Origin: Heptranchias perlo
Taxonomy: Eukaryota
Length of the DNA: 64,000 nt
Direction of reading: 5' to 3'
Assembly (NCBI RefSeq): GCF_035084215.1
Contig: NC_090353.1
Span: 14,942,001 to 15,006,000 of the forward strand
Shown: one piece after another, positions 48,340 to 62,325 of the stretch
How the letters are laid out: each line of letters opens with the position of its first letter
Position numbering within the stretch: position 1 is the stretch's first letter
Position numbers and translations under genes: made by a program
The notes under the pieces: generated by a model
Database searches by the model: none
What the model was told of the DNA's origin: nothing
The model's input: the letters and a program-made list of their open reading frames with translations, nothing else

Positions 48340-48545
48340 AATCTGAAAGAAAAACAGGTAATGCTGGAGATATACAGCTAATCCATCAGCGTCTGTAAAG
48401 AGAAAACTCATGTTAACATTTTGGGTGTGACCCTTTGTCCATTCGTCCGTTCTGAGGAAGATTCTACCTCCAAATCTGTAAGCTCCTTTTGTACAAATTC
48501 TGACAGACCTGCTGGGTATTTGCATCATTTTCTCTTTTTGTTTTA
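48340..48545. mobile_element. Old fold-back PLE 3'-end insertion (second family), degenerate palindrome
   Basis: aatgctggagatatacagc...cagcgtctgt versus ctgacagacctgctgggtatttgcatcattttc; central ttctgaggaag remnant. Confidence 0.55.
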
Positions 48546-48943
48546 ATGTACAAAACGCATCAGTCCAGAAGAAAGCAGAAATTCTAACGTGTAGTTTGTC
48601 AGTGCGCCTGTCTGCGTGCTTATTACATTTTTTTTTCAGTCCTCCCCTTCAGCAAGTGGTGATCTTATCAAAGAGGGAAGAATGTTTTGCAGCTGTCTGT
48701 CTGGGCCTGAAAGGGTGTCTGTCGTCTGCCAAGGGGCAGGGCAGGGCGAGCCTGGACTGACGGCTTCCAACAAAGATAGTTTTCTGATCACTTCTCATTA
48801 GTGTCTTGACTGGAACACACTCTGGATTCCAGTGCGATCCAGCCTCTTGGGCACTTGGTGCTTTTCGTGTTGACTGTGGCTGCCCCATTTTGTTGTGATT
48901 TACCCAGACAAGTTCTTCACTTCAGTACTGATCAATACCAGCC

Positions 48944-48971
48944 ATGGAGTTGGAACATGAGGTGAAGGAAG
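48944..48971 (+). CDS. TNFAIP8L1: Probable 5' coding exon of the TNFAIP8-family gene (MELEHEVKE + phase-1 G)
   Basis: Kozak gccATGg; donor AAG|GTAAGG; joins 63877 in frame (G+AG=E, T, M, D, V, F); resembles the human TNFAIP8 N-terminus MHSEAEESKE as recalled. Confidence 0.65.
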
Positions 48972-49324
48972 GTAAGGTGCGGACTGGGGGAAAGCTGCCT
49001 GTCGAAACAAGCCAGCTCTCCATAAAGACACAGTGTACTTAGTTTGTTTCTGTTCAGCCAAATAGTGACCTGTGTGTACCTGGACTGACTTTAAAAAAAA
49101 GTAATTAACAAATCAGATTACTGCAACAAAAATATGAAATGCTGTACATCTGGAAGGCGTGAAGCAGTGAAGGTGAATTTGAACAAAGCTCAGTCGCTTT
49201 TTAAAAACTTGGTATAGAAAATTCTGGGAAAAAAGTACATATTTTTTCTCTACATGCTTTTCAAAATAAAAGGGAGATTACCACTGGAGAACAGTAGGTT
49301 TTGCATACTTTGTGTTGTGTTATC

Positions 49325-49410
49325 TGGGTGAGGTACTGGAGGTTTGATGGTACCCATGGAACCCGTACCCCAGCAAGAGTCAGTGCCTTCAGGAGAGGAG
49401 AGAAAACTGG
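49325..49410 (+). mobile_element. SINE-X 3' fragment
   Basis: tgaggtactggagg...cccatggaacccgtaccccagcaagagtcagtgccttcaggagagg. Confidence 0.65.
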
Positions 49411-51349
49411 GGGGCATAGGTCATAAACAGCATTCCATTGCTTTGCAACAAAGTTTTAAATTCAAAACTGAAGGAGTAATGTGACGAGATAATCTGTCTA
49501 CAAGTTGGATCTTGATGAGGCACTACAGAAATAATCGTTTTGAAGTGTGGAATAAGGATTTTTTTCTAAAAGTCTTCCCGTCCTGTAGAACTTCATAGCT
49601 CGTGTCGGCGAAATAATGTGAGGAGAATATAAACCGAGAGCCAGGAACCCTCGGGCCCTATTATTCTGCAGGTACCAGTTTGAATCTGGTGCCTGCTCGC
49701 AGCAATGCAGAACTGAGTTATACTGCCAGCTGTATACTGCCCTCCAGTCAGAGGAAACGGAGCTCTTGTTACATTTGCTTACTCGTATACCCATAGGTTG
49801 CTCACTGCAACCTATATGTCCACTAAATTTAGCTGTCAAGTGTCACGTTTCAAGATTTTTGATCCTTTTTTTGGTTCTCATAGAAAGGATTTGGGAATGA
49901 GTTATGTTTAAATATTTTTGTTTTAAAAGAAGTTGATTTTGCACATGTTTAAATAGCCAAGGGCTGTAGTCACTTTGATACAGGGTAATGAAGATGTGTA
50001 TTAAAACCATAAGAGCTAGTTTGTGGAATGTCGCAGCCCACAGTCTATTTCAAACTGAGACGGTGAGTGTCATTGGTCAGTCCCAGGCCCACTAAATCAA
50101 GTTAATTTTGAGAATAGCAAGAGATATTTTCTTTAAACCCACACCCCAAGGAGGAAGGAGAAGTAGCCAGTTTTATTGATTGACCTTCTGGTGAATTCCC
50201 TGAATAAGGAAGGAATCAAAGAAACTGCACTCCCACTGGCTGGGAACACAGAGACAAAAGGGAGACTAGGACAGTCAGTTACCCAGTTGGGAGGAAGCCA
50301 TGCCAAGCATGGGGAAACTTATTGATCTCAAACCTAGAAGGCTGACCAGGAAAAGTTAAATGAGCCCACTAACTGGGATAGTGTGGCCTGTTTTATAATA
50401 TTTCTTGTCCTCAAGGAGGGTTCGGTACTTGAATCAAGGAAAGATTTGATTACATTTGTTACTCTGTACATTAACTTGCTGTCTGTACAATAAAGCAGCT
50501 TAGCAAGAACCCGTGTGATAGCCAGGATATCCAGTTCAGATCATGTGTGATTTTTGTTTCACCCGAGTTATGCTATTGTATAATTCGATATTAGGCATTA
50601 CGGACACACTCCTGTATGTAAGATGCTCAGGCTGCTTAAGGGAGTGACCAGCTCTGCTGCACCTGAGGGAATATCTACGGCAGCCCCGAAACTTGTAACA
50701 TCATCAAACAGCCAATGGGACAGTCTACTCTCTCTCTACAAACAATAAACAGATTCACAATGAAGTTTAAAAGAGTTCCCGAGTTTTCTACTGGAAGTAT
50801 TTAAACTTTATTTTCCACTGGCTGTGTTTATACTGCAGTGCATGTGCAGATGAAATGATGCGAGACAATCTCCTTGAGCTGATTTCAAGTTCGAGCAACT
50901 TAAGTTATATCACACAATTTATCTCGATGCAATGCTGAAACCAATTTTCAATTATGTAAGTCGCATGCTGTATGTTCCACCTAAATTTACAAGTTCTAAA
51001 TCTTCATGGGCCAAATGTGTGTTTATGTACCTCTAGTTTACTGCTAACACAAAAAGTAATAATCACAAGACATTTTAATATTTATCACCTCCGAATATAT
51101 TAATTTAAAAACCAATCCCACGCGTTGGCTTGTGTTTACAGCACATCACATTTAATGGAGGCAAATTCGTTTTAAATTGACTCAATGCAACATGCTAATG
51201 CCTCTTGACTGCAAATTACAGTAAGTTAGTAGGACTCTTAACGCGAACCTGCCCAGATCTATGGCTTGCAGTCGAGATGTAGTTCTATGTTTTTCTCAGC
51301 CTCATGGTCTGTGTAGCTGTGGGATGTTGCTAGAGCTGGAATTGACAGG

Positions 51350-51780
51350 ATAGGTGCAGATGAGGGAGGCCATTGGTCCATATTAGTGGACCCATCCAGA
51401 ATTTTCAAAAACATATTCTTGCCCCACCTCTTCACGTCATCTAACTGTTCTTGAATGAGTCTAAGATTTTTGTCTCCACTTTACACTAAAACCATTCCGA
51501 GATTAACCCAATCCGTCATTTAATATCTTGTACATTTCTATACGGTACTCTCAGTCGTGACCCATCAAGACTAAATAGCACCAATTACCCCACTCTTTCC
51601 TCATAACTCAATGCTTTGAGGCAAGGGATCAGTCTCATGGTTCTTCTCTGCACTGTCTCCTGGGCTTGAATGTCGTGGTGACCATAATTGAACACAGTAC
51701 TCAAGGCGCTGTCTGACCAGGGCATTGTACAATTTTAGCATGACTTCTAGGCATTTATACACAATTGACCTGGCAATATA
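51350..51780 (-). mobile_element. Old CR1 fragment
   Basis: gtgaccataattgaacacagtactcaagg = reverse of LEYCVQ.WS. Confidence 0.65.
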
Positions 51781-52189
51781 ATTAATTATTCAGTGAGCAG
51801 TCTCTGAGCTCGAGAAACCTGTGTTTCTAACATGGCTTTGGACTGTATTCCAAATGGGTATCAGATATAATTCAATTCCAGAGGGTCCTTCTCCTTACCG
51901 GGGGGTGGAGTTGCACCAAAAGGAGTTGATTCTCCTTCAGTAAGAGCACTGAGCTTCGAATAAAACTCGCTCTGTCGTACCTCGGCCTCGGAACATAAGA
52001 AGACGTAGGCCTGGTAACAATCATGTGATCCACCTGCCTGGCCCCAAAGTTCAAAAAACACCACATGGCATGTCATCTATCTAGCTCCTTTTTTGAATTT
52101 GCAGTTCATTCCCACTGTTTCACTGAGCAGTCTATTCCAAGCATTCAATACCCTACTTCCCACACCGACCATCCTGTGGCCTTTCTGAA

Positions 52190-52573
52190 TGGGGTTGCCA
52201 ACCCTCCTGGATTGCCCTGTAGTTTCCGGGAGTTAAAGATTAATCTCCTGGTCACTGCTTCCAGCAACTCTGGACAAATCATAGAGGTGTTTTTTTTTTA
52301 AATGGTTTTTTTCACGTTTACTTTGAACACTTACATTTATTAGTTATAAAAATATTGGAGATGGGGGGGAAAAATGCTATTTAACAGTTAAGAATCATCC
52401 AATTGGGTAATAAAGAGTCTGTTCACTTTCCAATTGGCGTGGGAAGGCGAGGTGCCATGAGGATGGGCGTGTCTGGTGGCCAATGGCGGGAGCGGAGGGG
52501 TGAGGTGGTTGGAGGTGGGAGGGTCATGTGTCAATACCTCCAGGAATACGTTCAACCAGAGTTGGCAACCCTG
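52190..52573. mobile_element. hAT-like MITE with (C/T)AGGGTTGCCAAC TIRs
   Basis: ggggttgccaacc ... gttggcaaccctg; same family as 61033-61293 in opposite orientation. Confidence 0.75.
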
Positions 52574-53729
52574 GGTTGCCAGGTAGTAGCAGTTCGTACT
52601 GTGGGCTCAGCTCCATACCAACTCGATTAAGAGTACCCCAGATTTATATCTGAACTCTTACAGTCAGTAGATAAAGATTTGTATCCCATTAGTCTACATT
52701 GAACTTGGGTCCTGGGGAGGAATGAACTCTGTCTAATGTCCTGCACCATCCAATCCCTCCCTCTGTCTGTCTTAAATCTGTTTGAATCTCATGAATACTC
52801 TATAAACAGAGATAAGGTTCTCTTCTCACGAAAATAAACTTGGACAAAGCTGGTCTGAGGGGCTACAAATCTTGTCCTGCAAAGTGTAGGTGCAGCATTG
52901 TTTAACTCGAAGGAATGTTCAAAAAAAATGTTTAATTTAAATTTGATTTCTTCAAAGTAAACATTGGTTCTAATTGAATGTTTGTAGAAGTGGTGATGTT
53001 TATACTGGACACCTGTTTTGTGTTTTGAGTTCAGTGTTCTAGTGCATGTCTGAATGATGCTATCCTGTTCTGGGGCCCAATAACCATTATTAACTCTTAA
53101 GTGTAGAATTAAGTGTAAAAATTGAGATTCCCTTTTTTTAATCCCTATTTGTTCTGTGGACATGATTCAGTATTAGGTGAGGGGACCGACGCTCTGAATT
53201 TGCCTCATGTACATCATGGCGCAAATTCACCAAAGGCAACATTGAAGCAACCGAGCATGCAGTCTTGTGGTTGCTTAAAAAATGGTTTTGCAGCTTTGGT
53301 TTTCTGGCCAGAGACTTTCCCTCCTTACAGCAGAGGATCTGTTAAGACCAATAATGTAGAAACTGTATCACCAGCCTGTATGCAGTCACTCCCAGCAGGC
53401 AGTGGCACCTAGCACGGTCAAAGGCATGTTTGTGTTTGCCTCCAGAGGCCTTTTGGAAACGCCTCTCACAGGGTAGTGCCTCTTGTGTTTCCTCAGTTAA
53501 GGACACTTTAACTTGTTAAGAGTTCGTCGGTAGTCGGAGCAAATTAATCCTACCAATGACCACTCTTAAAGTAAGTGACTTGACCCCCCGTTTATCCAAC
53601 ACAGCTCAGCCCCAGATCTTTCCTTGATCTCATGACTTGCCATCAGATCTCCATTTAGAAGTATAAGTGCAGAACTGGATTCCTTCACTTTTAGCAATAG
53701 GCGGAATTACCTGTCCTTGAAAGGAAGTG

Positions 53730-56195
53730 GTTGAAAGGGGACCTAATAGAAGTATATAAGATAGTTAATGGTATATCCAGACCACCACTTTAAGTTTAAA
53801 CCGTGACAACGGGTTCAAAATGGTGGAAGGTAAATTTGAGATTGATGTCAGGGAGTTCGCCACACAGAGTGATCAACAGATGGAATGGACTTCTGGATGG
53901 GGGAGTGGAGGTGAAAAGTCTGGAATAGTCTAAAATAGTTGGATACTGTGATTGGTGGGGAGGAGGATAAACTAGAGTATTTTTTAATGTGGTCTGTGAG
54001 GATGAGCCGAATGGTCCTCCTTATCCCGATCCAACTTGTGAAAGGAAATCACGAGCATCTGACTTCCAACCGGTTTTGTTAGGCGTAGTAGCAGGAGCAG
54101 GTTAATATAAATAGGGACAGCAGTACATGAAAATTGTGAACACCTCTCCCCAGGAATGCTTAGCATGGTTACAATAGTGCCTTTATAGTACAGCAATGCC
54201 TCTGGAGCAAGAATAGAAATATAATCTAAATTTATAATAGAAATGGCACATCAGAAAATCACCCTTTTCAATCTGCTGTAATGGAATCGCTGAAGCTTAT
54301 TCTTGCCGTAAGTGGTTGATGAATAACAAGGTGTTAAATTGCATTCAGTGAACAATGGATGGGTTAGTAATATTTGCAGTGATGTCTGTTGTGTGTGAAT
54401 TGCAGAGATAGAAATGCAAAAGTAAAATACTTGAAGGGAAAAAATTTACAGGGCTATGGGGAAAGAGCAGGGGAATGAGACTAATTGGATAGCTCTTTCA
54501 AAGAGCTGACATAGGAACAATGGGCCGAATGGCGGCCTTCTGTGCTGTACCTACTATGATACTATGAAAATCAAAGAAGGTTATGATTATTATAAAGTTA
54601 GTGGATTAAGCTTCCATAGAAATTGATGGCAGGCCGGGGTTTTTTTTGTAGGCGTTTGTATGTTTCATCAGGTTTGGAAGACTAGTATCTACCCCAGGCT
54701 CCCAGTACTACTCTCCCTCTTCCCCCACTGCCCTCCCATTTACTTTTGCACATGGCAGTCAAAACTAACCAGAATAGTAGAGCACAAGTGTGCAGAGGTT
54801 ATCCTGAGATTTTTACAATGCTCTGACAGACCTCACTTGGAATACTGTGTGCAATTCTGGACACCCATGCATTGGAGAGGGTGAAAAGAGAAGCAACAAG
54901 TCTGATCCCAAGTGTGAGGGGGATGAACTACGAGGAAAGAATAGAGAAGCTTGCGTTCTACAGTCAAAAGAGAAGAAAGTTTAAGAGGGGAATGGGGGGA
55001 CACCTCATCGAGGACCTACAACAACTTCCATTTATACAGCACCGTTGTAAACAAAAAATTGCCAGGTGCCTCACAGATAGGTGTAAAGAAAATAGACATG
55101 AAGCCAGGAAGGGAGAGATTAGGAGGGGTGACTGATAGCTTGGCTAAAGTTTGTGGATGATGAGAGGCCAGCAAGAAGAGCATTCGAGCAGTTGAATCTA
55201 GATTGGGTGTTTGGGGAATGAGCTTCAGAGGGCTTTTTTTCTTGTTCCTGTTTTTGTTATGCAGCCTTCGGACAAAAAAAACAAAGGTGGGAATGTAATT
55301 GTGGGTACTGAAAGGTCACATATTAGCCAAAAGTCCTTTGAGACTATATAAAGTAAGTACTCTGATGGGAGACTTGGACAGGTAGTTACATGGACCAATG
55401 GTCATCTGCCCAAAATATTACTATGTTACTATGAGACTGGTGCCTCAATTGGTATGACTACCCTCCCTAAGTATTTGGTAGATTCCAACTGTTACACCTG
55501 CTTACTCTGATCAGACACAATTACTCACTAGTTATTTATGGTGCATTACTAATAGTTTCCTTCCTTAGGGTTCCATCGTTTTGGCAGGCGCTACCTACTG
55601 GTTTAGTTGGTCACTGCATCTTGTCCATAGGAAACTGGAAGTTGGTAGTGTCTGTGCAATTGAAAATGTTGCTTTGGCTATGCATTGGTGAACATGGCAA
55701 CCAAGGTTTTAGGCTTTGTGGCAACTCTGGCTGTTTCGTCAAAATCTCAGCCTAGAGTCCTGGTCTTTCTAGAATGTTCTCTTAATGGTATTCTTGTCCT
55801 CGAGGGTTACAGAGGTGAGCAACCAAGATGGTCCCAGGAATCTAAATTCTGAGGAAAGGCTAAGGAAGTTTAAGAGGCTTGCCCTCTTTGGAAAAACAAA
55901 AACTTTTGAGGTGATCTGATTGAAATTTTAAAGATTATGAAGGGAATCAACCAAATTGACCTGAACAAATTGTTGACTGTGGTGAAAGGTTCAAATCCTA
56001 GGGGATGCAGATTAGAAGTTTGAGAAGTTAGGATTAAGAAGGGAAGTTGGGCAGAATTTGTTCATCTAAGAGGATTGATTTGTGGGAGGACATCAATATG
56101 ATAACATAAATGGGTTCAAGAGAGATGTGATTGAGGGATATGATATTGTTCTAAAAGGGATGAGCTTGTTAATTTTTCTGTTTCCAAAGTTCCTC
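53730..56195 (+). mobile_element. Cluster of old CR1 3' fragments (53730-54030, 54420-54565, 54770-55010, 55790-56195)
   Basis: [27 protein letters not shown] motifs; gggccgaatgg UTR motif. Confidence 0.7.
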
Positions 56196-56559
56196 TGTTC
56201 TTTTGGCTTTACATGTTATTTGCATGGTTCTAAAGCATTGTACTCTGCCAAACGTAGACCACCCACAGCTCCAGCAGTTTCCTTTATTTTCAACAGGGAT
56301 CTGCAACGCTTTGGGCAGTACGAGGCACTAGTAAGTTTTGGAACACTCTCTGTTTTCAAAAGGGCTGCACAGAAATTTTTAAACTATGAAGTAAACACCA
56401 AAAGTTTTTTTTTAAATAAAGTCTTTTTTAAACCATTTACTTCTGTGCCTTGTGATGTGGAGAAATCAATAATTAGGGAATGGAATTCATTTTTTTAACC
56501 ATAAAAACATTGGAATTCAAACCATAACCCCTCCCCATCTCTATTCTGGTTGGTTTTGA

Positions 56560-57620
56560 GCTAATATTCGTACAGCACCTTTCATATAAAAATATCACAA
56601 AGTGCTTCACACAATGAATTACTTTGGGAATTGCACTAACTTATTACATAGGTGAATGTAGTAGCCATTTTGCACCAGCAAGGCCACACAATGAGCTACG
56701 AGATGAATGACCAATTAACCTATTGGTTTTTTTTTATTCGTTCATGGGATGTGGGTGTCGCTGGCAAGGCCTGCATTTATTGCCCATCCCTAATTGCCCT
56801 TGAGAAGATGGTTGTGAGCCACCTTCTTGAACTGCAGCAGTCCGTGTGGTGAAGGTGCTCCCACAGTGCTGTTAGGTAGGGAGTTCCAGGATTTTGACCC
56901 AGCGACGATGAAGGAACGGCGATATATTTCCAAGTCGGGATGGTGTATGACTTGGAGGGGAACGTGCAGGTGGTGTTGTTCCCATGTGCCTGCTGCTCTT
57001 GTCCTTCTAGGTGGTAGAGGTCGTGGGTTTGGGAATTGCTGTCGAAGAAGCCTTGGCAAGTTGCTGCAGTGCATCCTGTGGATGGTACACACTGCAGCCA
57101 TGGTGCGCTGGTGGTGAAGGGAGTGAATGTTTAGGGTGGTGGATGGGGTACCATCAAGCGGGCTGCTTTATCCTGGATGGTGTTGAGCTTCTTGAGTGTT
57201 GTTGGAGCTGCACTCATCTAGGCAAGTGGAGAGTATTCCATCACACTCCTGACTTATGCCTTGTAGATGGTGGAAAGGCTTTGGGGAGTCAGGAGATGAG
57301 TCACTCGCCGCAGAATACCCAGCCTCTGACCTGCTCTTTTAGCCACAGTATTTATGTGGCAGAGGAATGTTGGCTAGGGCACCAGGAGAACTTCCTGCTC
57401 TACTTCGGATAGTGCCTTGGGATCTTTAATGTCCACCTGATCAGGCAGACTGGGCCCTTGTTTAATGTCCCATCTGAAGGACGGCACTTCCAACATTGTA
57501 GCACTTCCTCAGTACTGCACTGGCGTGTCAAGCCTGGACTACGTTCTCAGACTCTGGTGTTCAAATCCATGACCAGTTGACCCCGGAGGTGACGGTGCTC
57601 CCAGCTGAGCCAAGCTGAAA
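56560..57620 (-). mobile_element. DeuSINE split by a LINE insertion
   Basis: Pieces 56560-56730 and 57360-57620 are colinear with the DeuSINE consensus seen elsewhere. Confidence 0.7.
56735..57360 (-). mobile_element. 3' fragment of a second CR1-like LINE family
   Basis: RRSFIVAGSKSWNSLPNSTVG...LLQFKKVAHNHLLKGN; poly-A tail; tail shared with 15485-15590 and the SINE at 18.4 kb. Confidence 0.8.
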
Positions 57621-59714
57621 TAAGCCAACCCAAAGTTAGAGAGGGTGGCCTAAGTAGAGAAAACAAAGTTTTTAATTTTCAGTGAAAATGGCTGATGTAT
57701 TGCAGCTAGTAAAAGATTAACACAGCATGTCGCTTCCTGTTATCTGAATACCTGTTGTTTCAAATTAGAATTTGGCATTCCACACATACGTAGATGCAGA
57801 TTGTTGCCTTGGCATTCCCAGCACCAACATGTAGATGCAGTAGGTTAGTACAAATTACTGTTTACATTTAACTGCCCGAAATCTCTCGCTGCTGTTGAAT
57901 TGACATTGTTCCAGTTGGATGCTTGTTTTACAGATCATTTACTCTGCAACTTTAGTGTCAGTGTGAAGTAGTTTTGACACTAAATTTGTATAGTGTAAAT
58001 CAGATGTCAAAGATGGAGCTGATTCCAAAGAGAAGTGGAATGAGATTTCCTCCTCCAGGGTATCTTGCTTTGGCGTCAGGTCAGGCCTTGGCTCTGGATT
58101 CAGGCTGCATTCACGCTACAACTGTTGTGTTGGTGTGTGGCCACTTCAGGTGTAGCACAAAGCAGCCTTGGAAGCGACAAATATAAGTGATTTTAAAGAT
58201 ACAAAACCGAGTTTAACAATAACCTTTGCGCCAGTATTGATGGGATTGTCTTTAGTAGTGCTCTGTCGAAATGAGATCTTAATCTTCATGTACATCCATA
58301 ATGGTCACAGCATGTCTTCAAACTATTTTCACAAACGGTCAAAAATAAACTTGCATTCAGACTTCCCACACAGGAAAGGGCACATAGCTATTTGTAGCTT
58401 AAAGAAGATGGGACCCAGACTGTATAACCGGAGACCCATCAGGGAATGACAGTCACACTTGATTAGTGCTTAACTTTGGAATGCGACCTAAAAAAAACTG
58501 GGAGACAGGGATTATATTTAAAGTTGCCTCCCCTTAATGTAGGGATTGAACTCATCTGATGTCGAAAGCACAGAAGAACATCCATGGGAATGAGGTGGCT
58601 TTTTGCTTGTCTCGGGCAGCAGTGACCTATTGGAGCAGCTAGATTTCAAATCTTAGGTTGGTTGCCTTTCTGTTGGTATTTTTTATTCCCTGTTTAGCAA
58701 TCTCCATGCAGTAAGATCGATGCCCCGCACTGCAGAGACATGGGTCGGAAGGGAAGAAGAGGGGGAAGTGTTGTCTGTCAAACAGAAGACTAGGATTGAG
58801 TAGTGGAGATGTAGCTCTTCCAACGCACAGTAGTTAAGGGACCCGCCTGGTGTGCTACTAAGTAATATAGACCAGAAGGTTTCCCCCCCCACTCCCCTGG
58901 TCAGCACTGAACTAGCTAATCTTAGCTGGGGCAGTAGTTATGATATCACAGTTGGCCTCAGTACCCTGGCCAGGGAAAGAGGCACATCGGAACATTAAGA
59001 ACACAAGGTCATTCAGCCCCTCGAGCCTGCTCTGCCATTCAATTAGATCTGCATCTCAACTCTATTTACCTTCCGGGGAGGAGGAAAATGGGAGATGGTT
59101 GATTATTCTGGAGTTTTCCTTGATTACTTTGGGGATGAAGGAGAATTTATATATACCTGACGTAGACTTCATGATGGGTAGGTGGGACATGATGGGTGGT
59201 TGGGCTGAAAGCCTTTTTCCTCATTTCATAGACATCCCTGGAGATCGGTCTGTTGGCTTTATCCTAGCCCATGCTGATGAGCTGGAAGTCCAGGTGTCTC
59301 ACCACCTGGAACTTGACATTGGATAAATGGCAGTTCCTACTCAACAAGAATCAATGATGTAAAATTACCCGCACAATCCACAAAAGAAAAGATTTGAAAT
59401 TTCCAAAGCCTTATATGGGATGGGGGGGGCGGGAGTGCAAAGATAAAGAGGGAGGGACTTTCTTCTGTGGAAGCACCCAGTATGTTTGAAGTGTGGCCAT
59501 TCTCAACCATAGATCAGATGTCACAACTTCAAATTTCCACTGTGTGATTTTCGTGGGAAAAATCTAACAGCCAGTGATTCCGAGCAATCCAGAAACGACT
59601 GGAATTTTCTCCCACTCATGCTTGATGGTGTTGTAAGATATTCTCAGAGTTGCCTCTTCCTCACCCCCTCACCCACCCGCCATTTCCCAATGACATCTTC
59701 AAAAACACAAAATA

Positions 59715-60310
59715 GGGATCGGCCACGCAAAGCCTTTAGTCTGATCCACCAATTTGTTAGTATGACAGCTCTTTATCTTTTTAATCCCAATTTCCTGTCT
59801 TTTCTCCATACCTCTTAATACCCTTACTTCCCAGGTCAGTATCTCTCGCCCTTTTAAACAGTGCAGTTGATTTTGATACATATTCTCTAATCCTTTGCGT
59901 GAAGATGTTTTTTCCTGGAATTGCCTTGAACCAGCTTAATTCGAATTTTAAGATCATTTCTCCCTGTTCTAGATTCTCCTGCTGGAGGGGGAGTTGCTCT
60001 CCGTCTCCCCTGTCAATCCCCTTCGTTATTTTAAACACCTTGATCAAATTGCCCCTTAACATCCTCATCTCCCAGGAATATTGTTACATCATAACTCTAT
60101 CCTTTAATCCCAGGGATCATCCTGGTGAACTGTCCTGGACTCTCCTAAGACCAGAAGTCCTAAACTGAACGCAGTAGTCCACATGAGGTCTAGCCAGCGC
60201 CCTGCAAGGGTTCATCCTCACTCTTTTACATTCTAAACCTAGAGCGACAAAGCCCAGAATCCCATTAGCCTTTTTGACTACTTTTTGCATCTGTGCCCTA
60301 GAATTTAGTG
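59715..60310 (-). mobile_element. Old CR1 3' fragment
   Basis: MLRGNLIKVFKITKGIDR...FTQRI. Confidence 0.75.
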
Positions 60311-60929
60311 AATTACTAATAGAAAGTGCTGCAAATACCCAGCAGGTCAGACATTAGTATCTGTAAAAAGAAAAGACAAGTTATTGTTTCAGGACTCAAG
60401 GATAAGAAAGCATTTTAGTGAGGTTTGAAAAAAAGGAGAGGAGGTAGAGAGAACAGTCGCACCATGGAGTGGGGATTGATGGATGAATGACCTGCAAATT
60501 ACTTAATAAAAACTGTTAGATGATCTCCTCAGTGAGGCAATGGAAAGATATTAAAAGAACAGAAGGAAATGCAAATAGTTATGAGCGAGAGGCCCACAAA
60601 CCAAAAGGAGAGAAAATGGGGGAAATTGGAGAGGAGGGGAAAAGAGCTGTAAATGCAGGCAGCTATGGGGAGACTGAGGGCGTTGGGATTATTTTAGGAT
60701 TGTTCTAGCAAAGAACAGGCAGAGACAGGGTGGGCAAAATGGGCTCCTTCTGCGCTGTAAACATCTATGGTTCTATGGAAATGAAAACTGAAAACACTGG
60801 CAAAATATAGTGGGTGAGCCAAGTAATGGGATTCAGGGCTCCAGGTACTTAATGACGTATCTATGCAGACTTTAAATCCCTTTGCTCATTCCGCAACCCC
60901 CACCCCCCGCCCCCCATCTTGCCATGGAG

Positions 60930-61530
60930 ACCTCTCAGTTGATAAATGCACTGCCCAGTGTGGAACTGGGCTAATGTTCAGTCAGCTGATCTCAGCCAGG
61001 GTGACAGTGGGGCGTTGTAATTGGCCGTAATGTAGGGTTGCCAACTCTGGTTGGACGTATTCCTGGAGATTTCATCACATGACCTCCCATCTCCAACAGT
61101 CAAACAACCTTTTTCTCATCTACAATATTTTTATAACTAATAAATGGAAGCGCCCCAAGAATTTTTTTAAAAAACACATCATTTTTTTTAACGCCCTACG
61201 ATTTTTCTCCCCGAGTTGCTCGCAACAGTGTTCAGGAGATTAATATTAAATTCCTGGAGACTCCAGGACAATCCTGGACAGTTGGCAACCCTTTCACAAT
61301 GTCTCCTGGGCTAGAGAGGGGGAAAACCGCTGCAGTTTTCACTCCCACTGCTGGAGAATTAATGTTGACAGATTTAGACTCGGTTGTGATGCCTTCCACC
61401 ACCCACCCATGGTCAAGTGGCCTGCCAACACTCGTTGTCTCAGTTCGCACATGGCATCTCGACCATGGTGGAGGGCAGTTGGTGCCCATGAAACTGTAAA
61501 CCAACAAGCGTCACTGTCAGGAAGGTAGAG
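60930..61530 (+). mobile_element. SINE-X copy with nested MITE
   Basis: Head tctcagttgataaatgcactg; cagctgatctcagcc; gtgcccatgaaactgtaaaccaacaagcgtca. Confidence 0.65.
61033..61293. mobile_element. hAT-like MITE
   Basis: tagggttgccaac / gttggcaaccctt; possible decayed 8-bp TSD ccgtaatg / tcacaatg. Confidence 0.75.
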
Positions 61531-61874
61531 AAAGCAGTCCGCGATGTAAAACATTCCGCCAACTTGTGCCCCGTGGCTTTGCGAAGTAACGTGTTGGATT
61601 GGCAATCAGTTGTGACCCAGTGCCACCTTGGGTTACATTTTCAGATTTGTGGTTCGGAAGACTAGGGAGACATTCCAGTACAGCCCTCCCATTTGAACTG
61701 CAATAATTGTTATGTAGGCAAATACAGCAGCCAATTTGTGCCCAACATAACCCCACAAAGGGCAGTGAGGTGAATGACCAGATCAGCTGGGTTTTTTTGG
61801 TAGTGTTGGTTGAGGGAAGAATGTTGCCAGGATGTTAGGAGAATGCCCTGCTGTTCTTTGAATGAAAGAGAGAA

Positions 61875-62325
61875 AAGAAAGAAAGAACTTGCATTTATAT
61901 AGCGCCTTTCACAACCTCAGGATGTCCCGAAGCGCTTTACAGCCAATTAAGTACTTTTGAAGTGTGGTCACTGTTGTAATGTAGAAAACGCGGAAGCCAA
62001 TTTGCACACAGCAAGGTCCCACAAACAGCAATGTGATAATCACCAGATAATCTATTTTTGTGATGTTGGTTGAGGGATAAATATTGGTTGAGAGTTAAAT
62101 ATTGGCCAGGACACCGGGGGAACTCCCCTGCTCTTCTTCAAAATAGTGCCATGGGATTGTTTACGTTCATCTGAGGGGGCAGACGCACTCCCTCAGTACT
62201 GCACTCCCTCAGTACTACACTGGAGTGTAAGCCTAGTTTTAGTGCTCAAGTCTCTGGAGTGGGACTTAAACACGCAACCTTCTGACTCGGACCAGAGTTC
62301 TACCGCTGAGCCGTGGCTGACTCCT
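61875..62325 (-). mobile_element. DeuSINE copy (another fragment lies at 61700-61865)
   Basis: aagaacttgcatttatatagcgcc ... ggagtgggacttaaacacgcaaccttctgactc. Confidence 0.88.
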
